The notes below the pieces were generated by a model, which had not been told where the DNA came from, searched no databases, and saw nothing but the letters and a program-made list of their open reading frames with translations. Made by a program: the position numbers and the translations under genes. 25,978 nt of DNA from a virus (Duplodnaviria > Caudoviricetes): positions 1 through 25,978 of the IMG/VR virus record IMGVR_UViG_3300033569_000052. The stretch is one strand, 5' to 3'. Shown one piece after another: positions 15,294 to 23,198 of the stretch (the stretch's first letter is position 1; every line of letters starts with the position of its first letter).

Positions 15294-15779
15294 TTATTTA
15301 TTGATGAAAAATTCAGTGTACTCAGCTTCGAACTGGCGGCCGGCGTATTCTGCCAGTTCTTTTGTTTTAAAGCAAAGCCGGGAGCCGACAAACGTACTCG
15401 CGTTCCAGTTATCGGCACCGCGGAACGACAGGCCGGAGGCCGTGCTTTTGTTGCCTTCATACCAGGGATACCATTTGTATTGGCTGACATTTGTCCAATC
15501 GGGCTGCCAGGCTTCTTCATTCAGCGCTTCGATGATGATGAACAGCTTCGCCACTGCATTAATACCGCGCTGAAATGAGCTGGTAGGCAGCGGGTAGGGT
15601 AATGCCTGGTCATGATCAATACCAAGTGCTGTGCAGGCATCTTCAAAAGTCTTGATCCGGTCAGTGATCTTATCAGTTACCTGGCTGCCAAAATGGTCTT
15701 TGAGAACTGTTTGGATGCTTGACGGTGCACCCGGGAAGATCTCTCTTGCTTCCTTTAAACCGATTGATAAGGGCTTCAT
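15294..15779 (-). CDS. DGR target protein 2 (161 aa)
   Basis: Contains VR2; same domain as target 1 plus a ~38-aa N-terminal extension. Confidence 0.92.
   Translation of the reverse strand: MKPLSIGLKEAREIFPGAPSSIQTVLKDHFGSQVTDKITDRIKTFEDACTALGIDHDQALPYPLPTSSFQRGINAVAKLFIIIEALNEEAWQPDWTNVSQYKWYPWYEGNKSTASGLSFRGADNWNASTFVGSRLCFKTKELAEYAGRQFEAEYTEFFINK
15372..15440 (-). repeat. DGR variable repeat VR2
   Basis: Ungapped 69-nt match to TR with 10 mismatches, all at TR adenines. Encodes ASGLSFRGADNWNASTFVGSRLC. Confidence 0.95.
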
Positions 15780-15794
15780 ATTTTGAGTTTTGAT

Positions 15795-15963
15795 GAAAAA
15801 AAAAGTTTTTTTTTCGGGTTTGACTGAAATATTTTAGGTGCCTAACTGCCTAACGTGTCTAAAACTGCCTAACGATGCCTAATAAAATGATGTGCTGCCT
15901 AACACTTTTAATAGGTTAATTTGATGATTTTTAATACTTTACTTTATTAGGCAGTGTTAGGCA
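15795..15963. repeat. Iteron array, probable replication origin
   Basis: TGCCTAA at 15839, 15847, 15866, 15876 and 15896 (variant TGTCTAA at 15856). Inverted TTAGGCA at 15947 and 15957, across an AT-rich spacer. G-A9-G-T9-C at 15795-15815. Directly downstream of the helicase gene. Confidence 0.75.
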
Positions 15964-16005
15964 TAGTTTTCAGCACTTCCCACGACCTTTCAATTTTTAA
16001 AATAA

Positions 16006-18294
16006 TTATTTCACTTTCGCCACCGGGCTCCATCCATTACCGGTTTGAGTGGCATCCTGAAATTGTTCTATTCCTTCCATGCGTAAAAGGTTAAATCCAT
16101 CGACCTGGGCAGCGATATCTTCATACAAAAAAGCATGGCAACTGCTGATCTGCTTGATGATGCCAAGCTCACTATAAGGCTTCCCTGCTGTATTCTCTGA
16201 GTGCTCATTTTTATACCGCTTGAACTGCTTGTTTTTTACCGGCCCCACATAGTATTTTTTACTGCTGAAATAATGGAGCAAGTTGGCCTCAGTCATGGCT
16301 TCCTTGTTGTAGCGTAGCCGGTATTCTTTTTGGTAGATTTTATGCACGTTATTCAGACGCAGGTAAAGCATCTTTACGCCTTTATCCCAGGTCTTTTTTG
16401 ATCCATCACGCAGTTCGATATTGTAGGCATCTTCCACGATGATATCCCAGCCATCGATGATACTGCCCAGGTCGAACAGGTTGGCCACAAACTTCCAGAA
16501 ATCGCTGAGCGTATCGCTGCTGGAAACAAAGCTGGTCCACTTACGCGCCTGTGCCAGGCAGTACTCCGTCATATCATCGGCGCTTACCGGAAGCTGCGTG
16601 TAATGGGTACTGAGCATTTGGTAGCAAGTAGCCATCATGCAATAGTTCTGCATGATCCTTTGCATCAGTGGCTTATTTTCATCATGGCCTTTTTTTATCC
16701 ATGCGCCAAGCAGGTGCAGGTAATTACTGCGGAAATTAGCTTCAAACATGGGCCTCATGTTCAACAGTTCGGTAAGAAGCGAAGTGATACCCTGCTTGTT
16801 TATTTCATCCAGTTCATTGAAAAGCTGCATATCCTCATTGCTTCTGTTATCCACCGGCAGGAAATCTTCCACGATGCTGCGGTTAACGATGGCATTATCA
16901 TCGGCTGTGATGAGGTACTGGCCGCAAAGGAGCAGACCGCAGTTCACCTGCTGGATCTCGGTACCCCGCTTACCCCCCTCCTTTTTACCACGCTCCCGAC
17001 TTTCGCCATCGAATACACCTTTGATGGTCTGCAGGCGATCGGGATCCGTGGTGGCAATATCCAGCTCGTTGATGTAAGCCGGGGCATTGAAGAAGCGAGA
17101 TAGGTAGGCATTGAAAGCAAAGGTGGTTCCTTCATAAGCGATGAAGGGTTTACGGCCCAGGTAGAACAGGCTGTTTAAGGCATTGGCTGCTGCGCTCTTA
17201 CCGCTGCCGGTGGGGCCGTATAAATACAGGTGCGGACTTGTTGATGTGGTTTTCATCACCACATCCCTGAACAGGCAGAAAATTAACCATGCGATGCTGA
17301 TGGCCGATTTTATGCCGAATACACGGTGCATCTTTTTTGTCCAGTCGGTAAAGCTGATGGGCGATGGTTTATGAACCAGGTACCGATCTTGTTCATAAGG
17401 ATCACTGCCTGTTTTCTGCAGCTCCCGGTACACTTCGCATTGCTGCGGCAGCAGGAACTTTTGCTGCTTGTATTCGAAGATGCCGTAGTTATCTACCGGG
17501 ATCTGGCCGATGCCTGGGGCATACACATAATCGCTGTAGGCGAAAAAACCGGCTTCGATCCATCCAAGGTCCACCAGCTCCCGGCAGCGCGGGAACTTAC
17601 TAAGCAGGTCGCTGGCTATGCGAAGCCACTGCTGCTTACTTCCGAAGATGACAAAGTTTCCTTCACTCACAGCCACCGCCTGGAACTGATCGATACTGGT
17701 GATCTTTGGGGCCGGTACATCGAGCGATGATGTAGTGTACCCATTATATACCTTAACCAGGTACCGGCTTTGGGTGCCGGCGTAGATATGGAAAAGCGGG
17801 CTTACAATGAAGTTGGTGATCTGCACGGCGGTGTAACTGGTACCGTTTTCGCCCTGGCTGATGTTTAGGGTATAGAATCCTACTTTGGTAAGCTTGTCGC
17901 TTTTTTTATCTGCGATGAAGTAGCCTTTTTCGTGGTACTGTTTCAGGTTTCCATCGCTGATCCATTTGGGGCGCTTACTGTCATCTGGAATCTCAAAATC
18001 TTCCCGTACATCAGTATCCGGACTAAATGGCATGGCCGCCTCTTTTTTATCGACCAGTTTATTAAGGGCATCCTGCAATTGCTTTTTTGCTTTCCACTTG
18101 CGGTCTGAGACGATGTTATCAAAATAGTTTTGCCGGGTAAGTTCATTGGGGATAATGGCCAGCAGTTGCATTACCTGTTGCTGAGCCGCCCCGGTGCTGT
18201 GCGGATCGGTAGCATCCTTCATCAGTAGATCGGTACGCCAAAGGATGGCATCGGTGATGGTGATATGGGATTTTATGGAGGGAACTGGGGTCAA
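16006..18294 (-). CDS. Replicative P-loop NTPase/helicase, primase-associated (762 aa)
   Basis: Walker A LYGPTGSGKS, Walker B-like AYINE, and later CGQ and NRSI sensor/Arg-finger-like motifs. TTG start 2 nt after the MTase stop. Confidence 0.8.
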   Translation of the reverse strand: MTPVPSIKSHITITDAILWRTDLLMKDATDPHSTGAAQQQVMQLLAIIPNELTRQNYFDNIVSDRKWKAKKQLQDALNKLVDKKEAAMPFSPDTDVREDFEIPDDSKRPKWISDGNLKQYHEKGYFIADKKSDKLTKVGFYTLNISQGENGTSYTAVQITNFIVSPLFHIYAGTQSRYLVKVYNGYTTSSLDVPAPKITSIDQFQAVAVSEGNFVIFGSKQQWLRIASDLLSKFPRCRELVDLGWIEAGFFAYSDYVYAPGIGQIPVDNYGIFEYKQQKFLLPQQCEVYRELQKTGSDPYEQDRYLVHKPSPISFTDWTKKMHRVFGIKSAISIAWLIFCLFRDVVMKTTSTSPHLYLYGPTGSGKSAAANALNSLFYLGRKPFIAYEGTTFAFNAYLSRFFNAPAYINELDIATTDPDRLQTIKGVFDGESRERGKKEGGKRGTEIQQVNCGLLLCGQYLITADDNAIVNRSIVEDFLPVDNRSNEDMQLFNELDEINKQGITSLLTELLNMRPMFEANFRSNYLHLLGAWIKKGHDENKPLMQRIMQNYCMMATCYQMLSTHYTQLPVSADDMTEYCLAQARKWTSFVSSSDTLSDFWKFVANLFDLGSIIDGWDIIVEDAYNIELRDGSKKTWDKGVKMLYLRLNNVHKIYQKEYRLRYNKEAMTEANLLHYFSSKKYYVGPVKNKQFKRYKNEHSENTAGKPYSELGIIKQISSCHAFLYEDIAAQVDGFNLLRMEGIEQFQDATQTGNGWSPVAKVK

Positions 18295-18296
18295 GG

Positions 18297-20198
18297 TTAG
18301 GCGGCTTTTTTGTATTCAATTAATTTATTTCCCAGTGCCTCTGACCAAGCCTTTGGAACTTTTGGATGTACACTGTTTCCGATAAATTTTTTGTGGTCAG
18401 ATTGATTGCCTACCATGTGATAATTTTCGGGGAAGCCCTGAATTTTTAATAATTCAGGAACTCGGAGCATCCGCATTTTTATATCGACAAGGCCATAGAC
18501 AACCATGAATTCCTTGATCAGGATGCAGATTTCAGTATCTGTCTCATACACGGCGATCGCAACCTGCCCAGCCTCTACCTGAACAAAGTATAGCGGCGCC
18601 TTATCCTGCCTGGCAATGATCACCGGGCATGGTTGGTCGGTAGATTTTGAGTTGACGCCTTGGGAAGGGTTTAGGATGTAAGAGTGCTTCCTGTTGGCTG
18701 TGATCACCCCGGCCGGTTCATCAATGCTTTTAGGGCCATTGCTGAATTGCGTATCCATTATGAACGGAACAGCTTCGACCAGCCGGTGTTTATCCGTTGG
18801 CATTATAGATCCTGCGGGTTGATCCACGGATTGGTTCTGAGCGTTCTTACCAAAATGTTTATCGATGAAATATTCTGGCTTTACGATCGCTGTTCTTGCC
18901 TTTGTTGGAATAACGGGAGCAGGGCTATCGATGGAAGAGTGCTGCCCGCCTTGGCCATAGTAATGAGATAAAAATGTTCCTTGGACCAAACCCAGTCGTG
19001 GCTGACAAGCAATGGTCGGGGCTGGATCATCAACAGAAGGCGGATGATGAATACCCGTATCGCCGTTTGTTGAATTGTATTTTAACAGGCAGATCGGTTG
19101 AACCAGGTCTTGATTTCCACCTGTTGCCGTGAGTGTTCTTGCCGGGCCGTCAACACCGACCAGTTTTGATCCGGGCTTACCAGAATTCCGCTGTATAATA
19201 AATTGTGGCTGAACAAGGGCGTGATGATCAATCGTTGTGATGGATCCTGCAGGCTGGTCAATGGATAGATCAGAATATTGCTTTGCCTGCACCAGTGTAC
19301 TTCCTCCAAACGTAGTGACAGTTGAGCAGGGTTGATCAACACTATTAACCTTACCCTTTGGCCGCCCTGAAAAATATTTACTGATAAAAGCCTTATCACC
19401 CTTCGCAACGTATTTCAATAGGCCAGCATAGACCCTTTCCAGCGTTTTATCCGATAATGGTTTCTTTCGGGTGAAGATACTTTCCCCTTCATCCGCAAAA
19501 TCCAGCACATCCTTTACCGGCATCCATTTTTTCAGGTCGCTGTATAAGCCATTTTCAGGCTTTTTACTGTGGGTTGGTTGAGGCCATACGATTGGCAGAC
19601 CTGTCTTTGCAAAACATCCGAACAGGCGGTTACGGGAAGTGTAAGCACCGAAGTTGGCGCTGTTCAGTTCAGCCCAGTCTGTATGATAACCAAAGCTGCA
19701 TATTTCATTCCTCCACCGCATAAAGTCCTGTCCATTCTTCCGGCTGATCGGTTTGCCCTTATCATCCAACGGCCCCCAGCTCATGAATTCAACCACGTTC
19801 TCGATCTGGACATAATCGGGGTCAATGGCATGGATGTACCGGTACAGATGTTCTGCCAGTGTCCGGCTGTCAGCATCCCTCGGCTGTCCTCCCTTGGCCT
19901 TTGAAAAATTGGTACACTCCAGACTTGCCCAAAGGATCAGTTTGGCTTCGGGGTAAAGTTTCCGGTATTTGGCAACAAGCTTTACCAGGCCAGCAAGTTT
20001 CAGAGTTCGGATATCCTCTTCAAAGTGTTTTACTTCCGGATGGTTCAACCAATGGCTTTTGATGGCTTTCGGATCATGGTTGACACAGGCGATCACCTTG
20101 GCTATTTTATTACCATTGATCTCTGCATCAGCGAAGCCGGATGTCGTGCCGCCAAAGCCGCAGAACAGATCAACAATTATAAATAGTGGGGGCTGCAT
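18297..20198 (-). CDS. DNA (cytosine-5)-methyltransferase with a repeat-expanded variable region (633 aa)
   Basis: DLFCGFGG (motif I), WASLECTNFS (IV variant), IENV (VI), SRNRLF (VIII), RMLRVPELLKIQGFP (IX), IGNSV (X). Confidence 0.92.
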   Translation of the reverse strand: MQPPLFIIVDLFCGFGGTTSGFADAEINGNKIAKVIACVNHDPKAIKSHWLNHPEVKHFEEDIRTLKLAGLVKLVAKYRKLYPEAKLILWASLECTNFSKAKGGQPRDADSRTLAEHLYRYIHAIDPDYVQIENVVEFMSWGPLDDKGKPISRKNGQDFMRWRNEICSFGYHTDWAELNSANFGAYTSRNRLFGCFAKTGLPIVWPQPTHSKKPENGLYSDLKKWMPVKDVLDFADEGESIFTRKKPLSDKTLERVYAGLLKYVAKGDKAFISKYFSGRPKGKVNSVDQPCSTVTTFGGSTLVQAKQYSDLSIDQPAGSITTIDHHALVQPQFIIQRNSGKPGSKLVGVDGPARTLTATGGNQDLVQPICLLKYNSTNGDTGIHHPPSVDDPAPTIACQPRLGLVQGTFLSHYYGQGGQHSSIDSPAPVIPTKARTAIVKPEYFIDKHFGKNAQNQSVDQPAGSIMPTDKHRLVEAVPFIMDTQFSNGPKSIDEPAGVITANRKHSYILNPSQGVNSKSTDQPCPVIIARQDKAPLYFVQVEAGQVAIAVYETDTEICILIKEFMVVYGLVDIKMRMLRVPELLKIQGFPENYHMVGNQSDHKKFIGNSVHPKVPKAWSEALGNKLIEYKKAA

Positions 20199-20203
20199 GA
20201 AAA

Positions 20204-20530
20204 TTACAAATTGATCTTAAAACTGAATGCCAGGAATTCGGCCGTTTGCTCTTCGAACACCGCCTTGTGATCATCGCTGATATAATCCCAGTCTTTTTTA
20301 CCATCCTGTTCCACCTGCAGGTAATTGCCGGCTTTTTCATCCTTCTTCACATTAGCTTCGAAAAGTTTATTCCTGCGATCGAATAAAGCCTGTATGCGGA
20401 TGGCATTGAGTTGATACAAGCGCTTAATCTTTTCCCGGTGGAATAATTCAAAGGCCGGGGATTCAGCGCATCGCCGGTTGATGTCATTTAGAATAGCTTG
20501 GAGCTGGCCGTAGGTGCAATCTTGTGTCAT
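20204..20530 (-). CDS. Hypothetical protein (108 aa)
   Basis: Co-oriented ORF ending 5 nt before the MTase start. Confidence 0.7.
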   Translation of the reverse strand: MTQDCTYGQLQAILNDINRRCAESPAFELFHREKIKRLYQLNAIRIQALFDRRNKLFEANVKKDEKAGNYLQVEQDGKKDWDYISDDHKAVFEEQTAEFLAFSFKINL

Positions 20531-20718
20531 ATTTACGAATTGATTATTTTCAAAAAAAACCGGGTGTTCCCACGGAACAATAACAATTTCAAAACCTTAC
20601 CAACCCTTGTTAAATAAGAATGAATTGATGTGTCCGCACCCGGGTAAGAACTTTAAAAAGCCACCCGGTGTTGAAACGCAGGTGGGTATTTTACTGTATG
20701 TCTATTAAAACCAAAACA

Positions 20719-21807
20719 TCATGCTTCAACTTTTACCAGTGATTGAATAAAACTATCGGGATCCTGCCCGGCGGGTAGCTCAGCTACTTCTACCTTAAAC
20801 CCAGCCCGGATCAGTATGGGAATATCCCGGCATGCAGCCTGTTGCCCTGCCTTGTCCTGGTCGCGGAGCAGTACTACATGGCTGGTGTACTTTTTCAGCA
20901 GCTTTGCCTGCTCAGCGGTTAATGCGGTACCACAGGTGGCCACGGTGTTTTCATCGCCGTAGTTGTGCATGCTGATGACATCGAAATAACCTTCGGTAAG
21001 CCAGGCAAAGCGCCTTTCCTGTATGCAGCGGATGGCCCGGTTCAGCCCGAACAGGGTGGCGCTTTTGCTGTACAGTTCATTTTCGGTGGGGTTGATGTAC
21101 TTGGCGTAATCCTTACCGGCATCGGCAGGATCTACCTGGAAGTACCGGCCTCCCATGCCAATGAACTGGCCCTGGTGGTTGGCGATGGGGATGATGATGC
21201 GGCTGCGGTATCCATCGTAATTACTGTCATCGTTTTTACCGCGCTTGATGATGCCCATGGCAGCGGCATTATCGTGCTGCCCGGCATTGATGAGGGTGGG
21301 GCTAAGATGCCGCCAGTCGGTGGTAGCCCAGCCAAGTTGCCATTCAATGATGGAATCGCGGGTAATGCCCCTGCCCGCCAGGTACTTCATTACGGCATCA
21401 TCATCGGGTAACTGCCAAAGGTTGGCCTTGTATTTATCGATAACCAGTTGCAGGGTTTCGCTCATGCTTTTGCGCTGCTCTTTTTGGGCAGCATACTTTT
21501 CGGCATCGGCCGGCTCGGTGTATTCAATGGCAATGCCGGCAATATTGGCGATGGTTTCTACGGCCTGCAGAAAGTCCATCTTATCGTGTTTCATTACAAA
21601 GGCAATGGCATCGCCGCTTTCGCCGCAACCAAAGCATTTGAATATACCCTTGGCATCAGTAACTGTAAAAGAGGCAGTTTTCTCATTGTGGAAGGGGCAG
21701 CAGCCGATCATGTTGGCCCCAGCTCGTTTAAGCTTAACGTACCGGCTCACTATTTCGGTGATGGGGGTATTCCGCACTGCGGTTATGGTGCTTTCGGCCA
21801 AGAGCAT
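20719..21807 (-). CDS. dnaG: DnaG-type DNA primase (CHC2 zinc finger + TOPRIM), lacking the C-terminal domain
   Basis: CPFHNEKTASF...FKCFGC, RIIIPI, GMGGR, AKYINP, EGYFDV, DQDKAG and DPDSF. Start set at ATG 21807 (MLLAES). Confidence 0.92.
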   Translation of the reverse strand: MLLAESTITAVRNTPITEIVSRYVKLKRAGANMIGCCPFHNEKTASFTVTDAKGIFKCFGCGESGDAIAFVMKHDKMDFLQAVETIANIAGIAIEYTEPADAEKYAAQKEQRKSMSETLQLVIDKYKANLWQLPDDDAVMKYLAGRGITRDSIIEWQLGWATTDWRHLSPTLINAGQHDNAAAMGIIKRGKNDDSNYDGYRSRIIIPIANHQGQFIGMGGRYFQVDPADAGKDYAKYINPTENELYSKSATLFGLNRAIRCIQERRFAWLTEGYFDVISMHNYGDENTVATCGTALTAEQAKLLKKYTSHVVLLRDQDKAGQQAACRDIPILIRAGFKVEVAELPAGQDPDSFIQSLVKVEA

Positions 21808-21809
21808 CT

Positions 21810-22112
21810 TTATACAGTTTTCAGTTTTGGTGAAAAGCGGTGAAAGGAACGTCTGAGTTTTATTGATAACCGGTAACAGCATTGCCGGTATTCAAGGCTA
21901 TCAGGTATTGACAGATCGCCTACAAATGCCTTAACCTGCCGGCGGGCTTCCAGGTGCTCAACGAAATCGGTAACCTCACTGATCTGCGCTTCAATTTGCT
22001 CGTACCTGGGATACCATGGGAAGTTTGACAGGTGTACCGGCAGGATGAATTGGAAATAAATAAAGCGGAGGCAAACAATTACCGCGGCAGCTATTAGAAC
22101 GATTTTGATCAT
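21810..22112 (-). CDS. Hypothetical protein with N-terminal membrane anchor (~100 aa)
   Basis: ATG 22112 (MIKIVLIAAAVIVCLRF) overlaps the upstream TGA. Confidence 0.6.
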   Translation of the reverse strand: MIKIVLIAAAVIVCLRFIYFQFILPVHLSNFPWYPRYEQIEAQISEVTDFVEHLEARRQVKAFVGDLSIPDSLEYRQCCYRLSIKLRRSFHRFSPKLKTV

Positions 22113-22408
22113 TGGGCTAAGAAATTGTTTTGATCGATGGCTTGAATGACTGTGGTATGTACCCGGCGCTTGATCTTTTTGCAGTACCAGCCGATCCATT
22201 TTTCATCATGAAGGATCTCACTGATAAGCTGCCCGGCGTATTTCCCAAAAACTATGCGGTGATAAAGCATGATGGGAATAGACGGCGGTGGTGGTTTTTT
22301 AACCTGGACTGCCTTTAGCTGCTTCCTGGAAAAGAGTGTGGGCTGCGACTGCGGCAAGCATTTTTGGCTGGCCCGGCTGCTGGGCGTAGATTTTGTATTG
22401 TGTGCCAT
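22109..22408 (-). CDS. Small protein with FGKYxG motif (DUF3820/exonuclease X C-terminal-like); true start may be ATG 22270
   Basis: IVFGKYAGQLISEI...WIGW. The 5' part of the ORF overlaps the upstream gene, so the start is uncertain. Confidence 0.55.
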   Translation of the reverse strand: MAHNTKSTPSSRASQKCLPQSQPTLFSRKQLKAVQVKKPPPPSIPIMLYHRIVFGKYAGQLISEILHDEKWIGWYCKKIKRRVHTTVIQAIDQNNFLAQ

Positions 22409-22511
22409 CGTTGCTGATTGTAAGGATGGAGGATGCGTTCAAATGATCGCTTTTAAGGCGGGACATGAGCAGGGTGATCGCTGAAGCAGGGATGGTTATT
22501 TCGTTGATCAT
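22299..22511 (-). CDS. Hypothetical early protein (~70 aa)
   Basis: ATG 22511 (MINEITIPAS) in ATGA overlap with the previous stop. Confidence 0.55.
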   Translation of the reverse strand: MINEITIPASAITLLMSRLKSDHLNASSILTISNDGTQYKIYAQQPGQPKMLAAVAAHTLFQEAAKGSPG

Positions 22512-22690
22512 GCCAGTATTTGTTGAATGGTTAAAGGAGAAGTTGATTGAAGCATGAGTTTTTGGTAAAACTCCATACGGCCGTTGTAGTAATCTTTCAG
22601 GTGCGGTTTTTCGGTGGCCCGCTGGGCAGCCCATGCGTACATATTAGCGTAGAAGTTTTGAAGCAGATTTTGTATGTGGGTGTTTGGCAT
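22508..22690 (-). CDS. Hypothetical early protein (60 aa)
   Basis: Tiles the early operon and is coupled to the next gene. Confidence 0.55.
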   Translation of the reverse strand: MPNTHIQNLLQNFYANMYAWAAQRATEKPHLKDYYNGRMEFYQKLMLQSTSPLTIQQILA

Positions 22691-22817
22691 GGGGTTTATT
22701 TATGAGGGTTACTGCATTTTCGCTATCCTGCACTTTCCATTTTTGTTTCAAGGCAGCGACAATAATTTTTACTTTTTGGGCCCGGCTGGCATTTTGCCTG
22801 AACACTATTTTTGGCAT
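22644..22817 (-). CDS. Hypothetical basic protein (57 aa, not in ORF track)
   Basis: MPKIVFRQNASRAQKVKIIVAALKQKW...; starts 3 nt after the cro stop. Confidence 0.4.
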   Translation of the reverse strand: MPKIVFRQNASRAQKVKIIVAALKQKWKVQDSENAVTLINKPHAKHPHTKSASKLLR

Positions 22818-22820
22818 AGT

Positions 22821-23033
22821 TTAATTGGAACATGCGGATATCACTTCTTTGATTTTAGCAATGGATGAAGGCTTTCCGCTGCCCAATACACAAATGCGAT
22901 CGAGCGATGTACGGGATATACCAAGCGCATCAGCGGCATGCTGATTGGTTTGCTGTGAATGCACCCAAGCTTTAAGCGCCTTATGATCGGCGCGGCTCAT
23001 TTTCACTGATCGCTTTTCTTTTTCGATTATCAT
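22821..23033 (-). CDS. Cro-like HTH regulator (70 aa)
   Basis: TNQHAADALGISRTSLDRI helix-turn-helix; first gene of the leftward operon, divergent from the repressor. Confidence 0.8.
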   Translation of the reverse strand: MIIEKEKRSVKMSRADHKALKAWVHSQQTNQHAADALGISRTSLDRICVLGSGKPSSIAKIKEVISACSN

Positions 23034-23067
23034 AAACTTGTCAATTAATAGTTACCAGTTTAGGGTA

Positions 23068-23146
23068 TTGTAGTTTCCGTTTCCTGTTTTGTAACTTTGT
23101 AAGGACAAACTTACAGCAAAAGTTTCGAAACTTCCAAAACTTTTGC
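23068..23146. promoter_or_regulatory. Lysis/lysogeny switch: opposed Bacteroidota promoters and operator palindromes
   Basis: Plus strand: TTG(23068)-N21-TAACTTTG(23092-23099). Minus strand: TTTG(23138-23135)-N21-TAAGTTTG(23113-23106). Perfect palindrome AAGTTTCGAAACTT (23120-23133) and inverted repeat GCAAAAGTTT/AAACTTTTGC (23116-23146). Confidence 0.75.
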
Positions 23147-23198
23147 AAAGTATTTTTCTCATGCCCTATAAAACAGGTTACTTTTTAAACTAACGTAA

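Noticed and set aside
15330-15359. GAACTGGC-N14-GCCAGTTC inverted repeat 12 nt downstream of VR2 as the DGR homing hairpin
   Set aside because: It has a long loop, lies in coding sequence, and has no equivalent after VR1, which is equally diversified. It may be chance.
41-22868. Many plus-strand ORFs of 60-230 aa in the ORF track (e.g. 1970-2659, 5679-6377, 11277-11876, 21245-21856)
   Set aside because: They are antisense shadows of well-supported, tightly tiled minus-strand genes and have no recognisable motifs.
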